Assembly: GCA_037447605.1 (NCBI GenBank)
Contig: CM074808.1
Location: forward strand, 2,604,001-2,668,000
Reading direction: 5' to 3'
Length of the DNA: 64,000 bases
From: Zygnema circumcarinatum SAG 698-1b
Taxonomy: Eukaryota; Plantae; Zygnematophyceae
Position numbers and translations under genes: made by a program. Positions 38,304 to 50,100 of the stretch are shown in pieces (positions within the stretch are counted from its first letter, which is position 1; each line of letters starts with the position of its first letter). The notes below the pieces were generated by a model, which made no database searches, was not told the DNA's origin, and saw nothing but the letters and a program-made list of their open reading frames with translations.

Positions 38304-40638
38304 NNNNNNNNNNCCTCTCCCTCTCCCTCTCCCTCTCCCTCTCCCTCTCCCCTTCCCCCAACACTCAATGCGGTTCCGTGGGTGGCAGGTTGTGGGTGCC
38401 CGAGCCCTGAACGGCGTGGGATTAGCTCTTGTCATCCCCTCTCTTCAGTCGATAGTGGCCGATACTTCCTCAAGTGAGGAGAGGGGATGGGCCTTCGGCT
38501 GCCTCACTATGACGGGCAACCTCGGGAGCATTGTGGGCGGCCTCTTGGGGGTCCTCCTCGCGGGCGGCTCCCTTTGGGGCGTGGCGGGATGGCGGCTCGC
38601 CTTCCACCTCACAGCGGCCCTCAGCTACGCGTTGGCGTGGACCGTCTACCGCTTCGCCGCTGAGCCCGTCACACGTGCAAGGTGGGGCTTTCCCATGGGG
38701 AGGGTGTGGGTTGGAAAGTGGTCGTCTTGGGAAGGGAGGGGTGTAGTACGGGGGTACCCCTCTAGGATGGCAGTATCGGTAGGGAGGTACTGGCAAAATG
38801 TTGGTTTGACACCTTGGAGAGGTGGAAGTTAGAGAGGAGGGAACCGTGTGAATGCACGATTCATCCCTCCGCTCCGTATAATTTTTCGTAGGACAGAATT
38901 GAGCTACAGAAGGCCAATCCCGGCAAGGTAGGGAGGGAGCATTGTCTTAGAGGGGGGCATCTTAGATGGGTAATACTGTATGTGTGAAGTTGTTTGGTGG
39001 TCAGAGACAGTCGATTTGAGACTCGACTACCACGCACAATAGATCTAATGTCTGCACCGCTTTGGCAACAGCGTTCGAAGTAACCAACAGATTCAGTGCT
39101 GAAAGTTACACACTGTGATGGTTTCTTATTCGCATATATATATATTTGCACGTATGTCAAGAATGACGTGTTACCACGATTGACATCGCCCTTAGTGACA
39201 ACTAATTCGGGACCCAAACCAGTTCTGACATTTGGCGTAAAGTCGTCAGTGAAAAGTCCTTCATAGGAATTCCATTCCATGTTGAAATTTGCTCTTTTCT
39301 ATATGTTGATGGAACGAACTGAAGCATGTGCGACGCTGAATTCTGACTCTCCTTGCCTTGTTTTCGTGCCTTGATCGCTGTCCCTCCTTCAGAGAAGAGA
39401 GAGAGGCTCGCGGCGGAGTCGGCGTGAGAGAGAGTGTGAGGGAGCTTTTGGAGGGAGCCTCTCAGGTGGTCCGAGTGACGACCTTTCAGATAATTGTAGC
39501 GCAGGGAGTGGTCGGCTCCTTCCCCTGGGCAGCCATGGCCTTTGCAGCTATGTGGCTTGAACTCATGGGTTTCTCGAACACAACAGTTGCTGTTCTTCTC
39601 GGCACATTCGCAGTGTTCACATCTGTTGGGGCTCTCTTTGGTGGATACTTTGGGGACAAGATGGCCTCCATTTTTCCAAACGCAGGGCGAATCATATGCG
39701 CTCAGATTAGTGCAGGATTGGCTGTACCGCTTTCGGCTATTCTTCTTAGGTCCATTCCGCAGGAGACGGGTTATGCGTGGCTATATGCGGCAGTTTTTGC
39801 GGGGATGGGATTTCTCATATCGTGGAATGCTGCAGCCACCAATAAGTGCGTTGCTACTCCCTTTCGTTGCCCTTCCATCCCCTTCCCTCTCCATTTCCTC
39901 TAACACCTTGTTGCTATGCATGTGATGAAAGGTCACAAAGATGTGGATGGACAGATGTCTATTTTTCGGTTTCCGTCGCTGTTCTCTGCGACCTCACCTT
40001 GTTTTTTTCGAACATATCAGGACTTATAAGTCTCCGTCTATGCAAACAAGCTATTAGCTTCCTGCCCTGCCTGTTGCCCCAAACAATTGGGAGTCTATCT
40101 AACTGAACCCTTTGTTCCGCATGCTGTGGACAGCCCAATTTTTGCAGAGATCGTGCCCGAACATTTGCGAACGAGTATTTACGCCCTCGACCGGACATTT
40201 GAAATGGGAGTCTCAGCGTTTGCTCCGCCAACTGTGGGCTATCTCACCGAGCATCTTTACGGCTACAAGCCCATAGCAGCCGGCACAGATGCGTCCACAT
40301 CGGCAGTGGAAAATAGAGCGAACGCAGTGGCACTATCCAAAGGACTTTTCGCGACGGTTGCGGCTCCCTTTTTCCTATGCTGCTGCATATACACTCTCCT
40401 ATACTGGACGTATCCCCCAGACAGAGAACAGGCTCGAGCAGAAGCTGTGATGATGGGTGTGAGGCACGTAAAGCTGAGAGCCTTTGGAGTGGAGGAGGAG
40501 GAGGAGGAGGAGGAGGAGGAGGAGGAGGAGGAGGAGGCTGCGCTTTCAGACAAACGCGGATCAAAGGAAGCCGTAAATGGAGGGAAGCCTCCTTCCTATG
40601 GCACGGAGGACCCCTCTCAGCAGATCAGTTTCAGGTAG
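37350..40638 (+). CDS. Major facilitator superfamily transporter (plant UNE2/spinster-like group), ~522 aa
   Basis: join(37350-37667, 38389-38681, 39393-39845, 40134-40638) totals 1569 nt. Motifs: LVNVAAVLERADEALLPAVYREVG, RALNGVGLALVIP, TFQIIVAQGVVGSFPW, PIFAEIVPEHLRTSIYALDRTFE. A duplicate exon 1 lies at 35800-36117. Confidence 0.92.
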
Positions 40639-41716
40639 TGATCGCTCGCCTCATGTGTACATACGAAGGCCGAGATTTACAAGGGGGCCCTTTTTAAGGT
40701 GAGGCTGCCTCCTTGACGAGAGTGGTTGTGTGATAAGTAGAACAAAAAAGGGCTGGAAGTATTCTTCAGCCTCCTGGTGACGTAATTTGGGATTTTTTTT
40801 TTGGTTCAGGATCGAATTATAAGACTTGCCGCTTTTGTTGCCTATCACATGACAGGGAGAAGGCACTAAGTGCAGAATAATGCGCGCGGCCACATCTATA
40901 GGCTGATTTTAGAGTTTATGCAGGTACAGTAGCCCAATTTTTTTTTTTTTTTGTAGTTCTGTAGATGCCGGCAGCTTTGGGTAGGGCAGAGGGTTGTAGT
41001 GATAAGCTGTGAAAAAAGAAATTTCCAAAGCATCTTCATTTGCTGCTAGTTGTAGAGAACTTTGCGGCGTAAACTTGTCGTTAGATAACAAGGAGCAATC
41101 TTTAGAGATTTTTTTTTTAGCGTCACAGGTTGTATTCACAAGAAACTGGTCAACACGAAGCATATGCTTTGGGTCATGACATGTTCATATCCAATATCTA
41201 TTGCTGTTGTAACTTGTAAGGGGGGAATGTCACTCATTGTTTTGAAAGGTTCTTTCTATTTGTTTATGCTCAAACACCAGTTGTCGACCACTAGACCAGA
41301 ACGCACAAGTACTACAAAGGCAGCTCGAAAGGAAACGTGACATTGGTTCCTCTCCTGCACTCCTAGCAATTGCATTCACAGGGGAGCAGCAAGGACTTCG
41401 GAAGTTCTCAGGCGCAAGTAAAGATGAGACAACAATGTCGAACAAGGACAAGCAAAGCAAGTATCTCCGTGAATCTTTATGTCAACATGATTCCGAGTAT
41501 ATCGCCCCTCAGGCATTAACCGCCTTATGCCCCCCTAGTCCTGTCAGCTACCTGCTTCAGCACTTAGCCCCTGCGTGCGAATAGCACAGGCAGACCATCC
41601 ACGTGAGGAAAAAACCTACTCTTTCAAATACTGTGTATACATCTTCTTCAATGACAGTACTACCCCAACCATGTTCGACATATACTAGGCAACACCTTCT
41701 TCCCGCAAGGAATGCG

Positions 41717-44700
41717 CTACCTGTAGCTGCCAAACCCGGCTGACCCCTGTCCACCTCCTGGCCCACCCGGCCCACCCGGCCCACCCGGCCGCATGTTGGC
41801 AGGGCCAGGTCCAAATTGGCCATTTGGCGGTGGCGTTCCATGGTGGTGTGTTCCGGGGGGGGGTACTCCCGGTGGCCCAGAAGGTGGTCCTGACGGTCCG
41901 GAGGGACCCCCCCTCCCAGGTGAAGGCCCAGGAGCACCCCCTGGCCCTGGCCCTCCCGCACTCATATGCTGCCCCGATCCCATAGGAGGAGGTCCCCCAG
42001 GACCACCAGGAGGCCCAGAAGGACCCACATGACCCGGCCCCCTAGGACCCATGTGCATGTGATTCTGCTGCATTGGAACACCAGGGGGTCCCCCTAACGG
42101 CCCATGAGGACCCATCGGTCCCCGAGAATTGCTTGCATTCCCTGACCCAGATGAGCCCCCTTGCCCTCCAGGACTTATAGGAGGGCCTCCAGGAGGCCCC
42201 CCTTGCCCAGACCCCCCCCCTGCATTTGCCCCATGTGGGGGTCCGGATGGCATGCCATACCCACTTGGAGCAGCATTGTATGGTGCTCCCGGGGGTCCTG
42301 GCAGACCGGGTGGCATGCCGCCAGGTACACCCGGAGCCTTGGAAAGGTCGTAATCCCAAAGACCCATTTGGGCCTGTCCATCGGCAGGGGGAGGACCGGG
42401 TATGCCTCCAAACTGAGGGCCATAGCCCTGCTGGGGACGGCCCATGCCTGGTTGAGAGCCGGGGGTCCCTGGACTCGAAATTGCAGCCTGTGGGGGGAGC
42501 CCAGGGTTGGTGTAGTCTCTGCTGCGTTCGTTGTTTGCCTGCTAGACAACGGTCCAAACACTTTCAGTTGATGATGTTCAATGAGAGGCTTGGAAATTAC
42601 GCGAAGGCAGCAAGCTCAGCACTTGACAAGAGAGGAGAGAGAAGAGAGAAGAGAGAAGAGAGATGAGAGATGAGAGAAGGATGAAGAGAAGAGAGAGAAG
42701 AGAGAAGCGAGAAGAGAGAAGAGAGAAGAGAGAAGAGAGAAGAGAGAAGAGGGAAGAGAGAAGTGAGATGAGAGAGAGAACAGGACAAGAAGACAAACAA
42801 AACCAGAGAAAACATCGTGGACACCACTCGGAACTATGTGCTGGCAGGTGAACACCAAGAAATTCTGGCAAAACACGTCGATACTTTCCAGCGCGTGGAA
42901 ACGAACAGACAATTGAACAGAACAATTCAAACTATTCATTTCCAACCAATCCGTGGCAAAGATTGGTACCTTCACATTCAAATCGGTGTGTCGAGAATAA
43001 GAAAGCCGAAGTTTACAATAACCTCCATCATAAACACAATGACCTTCCAAAGCCTCCTTGGCTTGCACAGCAGTGGGAATGTCTGCATAGTCAATGCATG
43101 GGGAACTAGTGTCAGATGCCATTCAATTCTTTGAAATGGCACTTCAACATCATGCTTTAGTGCACAGCTTGCTTTACCCCCTGCAAGAAACTCGGCAACC
43201 AGGAATTCTTTCCGGTAGCTACAATGTACTAGTTTGAGACAGGTTGGAACCGAAAAAAATGCACGGTTACAACAAAAACACCTTGCCGAAGAAATCATTC
43301 TACTCCGTAAAGGTGGAGGTGTTGCAAAGTAACGAACCTGGGTATTGCACAAGCGCTTGAAAGCCCGCGGTTTTCTCAAATATAGCAATCTTTTGAACCG
43401 TTCCAAACGCAGAAAAGACCTGAAACATTAGCACACGAGGTCAGCCAAAACGTATCCAAGGACCTATGGAATCAGCTTCCCTGGATGGAAAATTGAAGAC
43501 GTTGCATTGAACTCGTGGCTCAGTAGAAATGAAGTCCGCTTAATAACCTTACGAAATGGGAAGAATGATGCAAGCATGTTCCAGAGGCGAAAAATGGCAG
43601 AACACAACATGATCAGAGTACACAATCAGTAGAGAAGGAAGATACCGTGTGAAGAACCTCAATGGTCACAGCATATTGCATATTCTCAATGGAGACCAAA
43701 AGCACATTGCTTTCCGGCTCCCGTTTCTTCCCGTCCGGACCGAGACCAAAAAGCTGAGGACGTTACCCACCCTTGCCCTTGCCCAGCCATCAGTGACGAA
43801 GCAAGGGAATCCAAATGCATAGAGGAAAATTGACTTTCTACAGGTCTAAACTTCATCACGCGCGTCAAAGAACAAAGTCTGTGACTAGATATTTCTTATT
43901 ACGAAAGCAATGTAGCTAACCAAAGTAGGGTACCTGGCCACTTGTGTCAGTTGCCGAAGGGGCGACAGGTAAATATGGATTCGTGTAATCTCTGCAAAGG
44001 CAGCAAATAAATTTTCATCTCAGAGGAAGTGACAGCATCCAAAATACAATGGCGAGTAGGCACTCCAGTTCTTTATGAAAGAGACAGAACAGAACAAAAA
44101 CAGCAAAAGACAGAGTTTCTGAAGTTCTTAAAAGACAGAGTCAACAATGGAGTAATGGATTTAGTCCAATCACTGAGGAACAGTATCTCGGCAATTGGAT
44201 TAACCTGCTCCGGTGACTTTGAAATTTCACATTGAGGTCATTGTGTGCTGAGAAAGAAATCCGCAGACTGCATGACGTCACATGCTCAGGTAGAAGATAT
44301 CTGGAAGAGGAAAGTGTCACAAGAAATAGCAACTTAGCAACCATCAAGCAGGATTGCCTTGGGTGAACAGACAAATGGGCCACAAAACCCTTTGCCATTA
44401 GGCAAGGTCAACTGGGAAATGAGAAGGCCAAATAGTTGGTTCAACCAAAATAAAATCAAGCCTCAGATCCCATACAAGGAATCGTAATAAAATAGTTACG
44501 AAAGCCAGCATATGGCTTCCAGGTGGGAATTTCGAGAGTTAAAATTTCACCTCGGAATGCTGCGACCTTCAAGTGCTGACTTGGCAGCAGAAGCTGTATT
44601 TGGATCACCAAATTGAACCAAGGCCTGCACATACATAAACTTGCGGCAGCTTAACACCACATCAAGCCGCCCTTAATATAATAACTGGAGACAAAGGACC

Positions 44701-46556
44701 CAATAAGAGTTCCACATGGCCGATGACTTGTCAAAAACAAGTACAAGAAACAGTTGGTAGATGATGGTAAATCCAGTTGGAACAAACCTGAAACCCTGCA
44801 CTCTTTTCAAACGTTGCTATCTTGTGAACGAACCCAAAAGCTGAGAATACCTGGAAATCAACAACCAATGAGAAGAAATTAGCTTTGATAAAGGTTGAGG
44901 CAACATTCCACCGAATGGTTCCACTGAAGAAACAACCATGGCGCGATGCACGTGGAAGTTGTCTCCAAGCTCAGAATAACAGCACACGTTGGGTGGCCGT
45001 CGAGTTACAACCACAATGGAGACGCAATATATACCATCGTACTTATAGGCGAACCATCACACAGCAATTCGTTCAACCTGACAATAAGTTTCACCATCTG
45101 GAGGAAAGGAGAAAGGCCACCAAAACATACATTGCATTCAACAGGCAAATAGATAAGTGAAAACTCATGGAACTTAGAAAAATCACGATATTTAGATGGT
45201 CCTCGAAAAACAGCGATAGAAAAATTATTAAAACATAGGACCCGATGGCTCGTATAGCTCAGTGGTGAGCAATATTATACGCCACAAAACGACGAGTCAA
45301 CTTATACAACAAACACGTATACACATATACCTATAAACTTATATACTCGTACACTTTCCTCGAACAGGAGCCAAACAATGACAGAGCCAAGCCCTCAAGC
45401 CATTTTCCTGAAAGGCTGCCTTGCTAGATACTCATTACAAATAGAGATTCAGCACTATTTAAGCCTTCAAAAAACGTTAAGTTGAAGGGGCTCGACGATT
45501 GTTAGCAAATATTGGGAAACCCAATCCGCATGTTACTATCCTGAAAGGTGGGGAGAGCGGGAGGAGGGAATGGGCTGGTTGAGGTGAGGAGTGCAAAAAA
45601 AATGGGGGGGGCAGAGCGAAAGGTGGGAAGAAGGTGAGTAAAAGGTGAGTTTTGAATTAGGCTAGGGGTAGATGAACACACACAAATCGCTCTCCCCAGG
45701 AAAATGCAGAAGTCTGCCATCATGAAGCCGGCAGGACCTGCTCATCGGAGCAACTTCGGTCACGCACAAAAAAGAAACGCATCACAGCTGGACCAGTGAG
45801 TACAAATTGCAAAACAACAGGTCGCGTTCAAAAACTACTGAGGGAAGCGCATCATAGACTTTGACCTTCGTCCTAACATGCCCCGAACTAAACTACTGCC
45901 CTGTGATTTTTCATCAAGACTGACCAGCTAATCCTACGGTGAAAGCCGCCAGCGAGACAGTGGTCAGTAATAATTCAAGCTTACCAAATGCAGGACATCA
46001 ATGCTGACATCCCCAGCTTCCACCCCCTCAATGGTGACCAGCAAAACGTTACTTGCGACATCCCCTGATTGCTTGGTCGTAACTATCTCCTGCCTGGTAG
46101 AGTACTGCAGGTATACAGCTTTTCCTCGAACTTGAGCAGGTTCAGAAGAGGATGCATAGTACGAAACCATGGAAATAGCTTGGTTTAGGTCTGCCTGTGA
46201 CCCAAGGAGCACAGAACAAAATAAGTTCTATATGAAGTGTCTTGAGTGTGCAATCAACCTTAGAACCTTCGGGACGAGCGTCAAGGATGCATCCACTTTA
46301 TTCACAAGAAAACAGCAGGCTCTGCATGAGAGTCGAAAAGGTTTTGAAGAATATGAGACAGCGCACTTACAAATTCGACAAATGCTTGATTGTGATTCGC
46401 CCCTACGTTAAGCTTCGTATTAACGACCTTCCCGAACGGCTTGCAGAGCTCAATGAGCTCTTCCTCTGTACATTCCCATGGCAGATTTCTGACATGCAAC
46501 ACCTTGGACGGAGGCTGGGTGTACCGAAACTGTGGCTGCCCTCCGGACCCGCTCAT
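41717..46556 (-). CDS. PTB: Polypyrimidine tract-binding protein homolog 1/2 (3 RRMs plus G/P-rich tail), ~603 aa
   Basis: Exons 46556-46371, 46194-45985, 44850-44788, 44624-44551, 44300-44205, 43991-43934, 43753-43646, 43419-43338, 43082-42970 and 42538-41717 total 1812 nt. Motifs: QPQFRYTQPPSKVLHVRNLPWEC, VFSAFGFVHKIATFEKSAGFQ, SYSRHTDLNVK. Confidence 0.95.
42625..42780. repeat. (AGAGA/GAGAA)n microsatellite in the last PTB intron
   Basis: Direct reading of the sequence. Confidence 0.9.
45545..45737 (-). promoter_or_regulatory. Candidate PTB poison cassette exon (45737-45684) with downstream CU-rich tract
   Basis: gagcag|GTCCTGCCGGCTTCATGA...GCGATTT|gtgtgt. In-frame TGA at 45722-45720, followed by a ~110-nt pyrimidine-rich stretch on the sense strand. 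Confidence 0.6.
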
Positions 46557-46643
46557 GATTGCTCGAAGGCAGGCAGTAGCAGCAGAGCGAGGAGGACGTC
46601 AAAGCAGAATGGCGCAGCACTCCACGCGAGCAGCAGCTGCAGA

Positions 46644-46652
46644 TTAGGGTTT
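46644..46652 (-). promoter_or_regulatory. Telo-box (AAACCCTAA) in the PTB 5' leader
   Basis: TTAGGGTTT on the plus strand, ~90 nt upstream of the ATG. Near-matches (AACCCTAA) occur upstream of RPN12 at ~17789 and ~17872. Confidence 0.5.
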
Positions 46653-47105
46653 CTGCGCTTCACTCCTCTGGTGCAGTGCAGGGCTGATCGACGGCTGGGA
46701 GCAGCCCAAATCAAATTTTTACACGTGCAAAATTGATCGGACGGTTGGAAATGAGCAAGTCTTGTGGCACTGCGAGACGTTGGGGAGGGCACTTCAGTCT
46801 CTCTCCTTCTGGACAGTGCCATGAGCCTGCCCTGCCTGCCTTCAGCGCTTGTAGGGGGAAATTGAAGGGGAAATGTATCCCTCTCCTGCGGGTGGTGCTG
46901 CTGGTGCCTCCTTTTCTCCCTGCTTTTATTCAGTGAGGACCGGGTTCGGGATGCGGTTATGCAGAGGCAGCCATGCGAGGTGGAGGAGCTGAGGAAAGAC
47001 GCGGCGGAGAAGGAGAGTTAGGAAGGTTCTGAATTTTGGGAAAGGGCGGAATTTTGAAACAATTGGAAGTGCGTTCGAGAGGCAGCAGCTGCAGGGGTGT
47101 CGGCG

Positions 47106-50100
47106 ATGATGGCTCCCTCAAAGGAGCAAGGGGAGGGGAAGACAGCTGCCCATGACAGTGGGAAAGAGGGCACCAAAGATAGCCACCATGTAAAGGGGGA
47201 AAAAGGGAAGAATAGCAATGGAGCCTCTGTGCATAGTGCAAGCAGCTCGACCGCCTTATCTCGCAGCGGAAGTTCAAAGACTAGCGCAGCTCCGAAAGGG
47301 GATGCCAGTCCCGGCATGGCCTTGACACGTCCTGAGGTTAGCCAAGAGCTCCCCCTGCCCCCCCTCCTCCCCTTTTTTTTTTTTTTTAAAGGAAGAGAGG
47401 GGAAAGCTTCCTTGCACGGATGATAGCTATTCACAACTAGCCTAGGATCAAACCAGTTTTTGCTGTCTCGGCTTACTTAATGGTTTTCTCATAGCTCCTT
47501 GCTGCATCTGCAACCAGACACTTTAGACATCCTTAAAGGTGACAAGGGTGCGAAATTCGAAATGTAAGGGCATGACATTCGGTCAATTTGAGTCAGGGCA
47601 AGCTGGCTGGGTGGCAACTGATGTCCAGCAACTACGTACACTACAAGTGTATTTTTTTTCCGTCCTCATCTCTTATGGCATTCTGTTTGGATATCGATGG
47701 CGCTAGGCTGTTGTTCCATAGACGTGGTACAGTACGTTATAATTTAGACTTGCCTTAGCTCGGAAAAACTATGAGTTCTTTTCCCATAGCTGAATTTTCC
47801 TGGTTTTGACCCAACAAGAAATTGCTAAAGTAGTCAATTGTGTTGCAGATTTCACGAGGGCCTGTGTGGTTAGAGACACTTGATGGGGACATTGAGGAAG
47901 TCGAGCGTGAAGTAGCACTCTTGTCTCCCTTGGTGCAACGTGAAGTGCTGCGGTTTGGGCATGGCGCCTCCCGGGAATCTCCTGTGGTGCTGCCGAAGCA
48001 AGTTAGCCCTGGAGTTTTGAAGCTCATTCTCGAGTATTGCCGTTTTCATCGAGTTCCGGGCCGTTCAGACAAGGTTTGGTTGAACCCTTGTCCGAGACAA
48101 ATGGTGCTATATTCAGGGAAACCGTCAGCATTCACCATGTAGTTTTGCTCGATGATTGTAGTCATGACAGGATGCTAATTCCCTTACTTGTCAAAGTGCG
48201 CATAAAGTCAAGATACTGATCGTTTATAAACACATAATGTGCAAGCTTCGTCAAAATTTCAAGTCTTCCTGCACTGTTCTTGAAGACCTTTAGAAGGATG
48301 GAGTTAAAGTAGGAGCAAAGCTGGCAAATCTTGCAAAGAGGCTGCTGTGAGAGAGCAACTCATAATTTCCAAAGCACGTTTTGTAAGTAGAGGAATAGGT
48401 TTTCTAGGGATCCTCTTAGAGCGCATCAGCTCTTTGTGTGGAAATTCCGGAGAACTGTCGTTTGCAGAATTTAGGGCTTACTTTGCAGAAGGGAAATCTG
48501 TGGTCGTATCAGGAACGAAAGCTATTTGATGAAAAATTTATACGACTTGATACCCGAAGGCTATGCGAGCTAACGTCTGCGGCAGACAGTTTAGATATGA
48601 AACCGTTGGTGGATTTGACAAGCAGAGCTCTTGCACGAATGATCGAGGGTAAAACACCTGAGGAGATTCGGGAAACATTTCACTTGCCAGACGACCTGAC
48701 GGAAGTACACACGGAAGGCTTGTGCCCCAGAAAAAGGCTTAACCATTTCATTTTGAGTTTGCTTGTTGTGGTCGGAAATTGGTGTGAAATAGCACATCCG
48801 AAATATTCTGTGGCTTTCAGTAAATGCGTTGATGGAAGCTTGATGTGTTTCTGTAGGGGGTATATGGGATCGAGGTTACTCGGTTGAACAGTCCTGCTTC
48901 ATGGCAGGATGATAGGTGCGAGAGAGAGGGAAGTTCGAATCGAAAGTTATTGTTTGCCTTTAAATTCTGACAGTTGAGCTGTTGCCATGTTATGTGACAG
49001 GAAGAGAAGCTGGAGCCTGTAAAGAACGCCACTGATGATCCCCGAATCAGACTTTTGAACAGACTGTATGCACGCAAACGAAAAGAGCTACAAGAAAAAA
49101 AGTTGCTCAAGGTAAGGATTTTGGAGATTTTCCAGGCAGAATTGCGCTAGGAACAGCATCATCAGCTGATCACCCTTTAGTTATGCAAGGACTATTCGAT
49201 TAGGTTTTATCGCGTCTACTCAATTTGTGATTGGTTCGTTTGTTTTATGCTTGTAGTAACTAAGGCGCTGGCATTGCAAGTTGGGATGCTCATTGAACAT
49301 TGAGGTGAGTTTTGCCACTGGATGATAAGTTGAATCATTTCTGAATATGGAGGGTCCAGAGCGTGTCGACTGAATCTGATGATAAACCTCGGGACGAACG
49401 ATCGGTGGATGACCTGCTTTCATTTATTGATGGCAACAATCATGGTGAGTTTGTTAATTTTTTTTGCAATGGTGATCAGGGGAATCACTTAGTGCCAGAT
49501 AGGTACTTGACAATGAACCAGTATAAGTTTTTAAGCTTTCTGATAGACATTAGTGGCTTTTTGAATGGAAGTTGCCGTCAATAGACTGACAGCATAGCAT
49601 CAGAAATCTCTATCATCAACCTCATAAAATAAAATTGGCGTTAATCTTCGGCACCCTTGAGAGACACCTGGGTTTGGATAAATGGTGTGTTCAGTATATT
49701 GGGGATGTTTGTGGTGAAGCTTCCTGAGAAGGGTGTTGAATTGTGCAGATTTACAATTCTAGTGTAAAGCAGTGAAGGAAGCAATGTGCAATGGCATCAA
49801 ACAGGTCATTTCATTTTTTTTTTAGTCGGGGATGCCTTTTGTTTGCGGCTATTTTGTTGAGCAGCTTTATTTTTTGAGCTAGCGATTTTGCAGTATAAGA
49901 GTAGCTTATGCATTAAAGGTATACGTTTGAATCCAGATAGTGATGACGACACAATTTCAGGTGATGGATTCCTGATGACTTCCGTACGGGTTTAGTGTCT
50001 TTCCACAGTCCATTCAAAAGAGAGAATGAGGAGGATTGCAAGTTCAATGAAGGCCAATAGATTTGATCTGCTCATGCAGTTTTTGTAAGCTCCTTCTGTT

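Noticed and set aside
45247-45270. tRNA-like 5' end GGCTCGTATAGCTCAGTGGTGAGC in PTB intron 2
   Set aside because: Only an A-box/D-arm resemblance; no anticodon arm, T-loop (GTTCRA) or acceptor pairing follows. At most a SINE relic.
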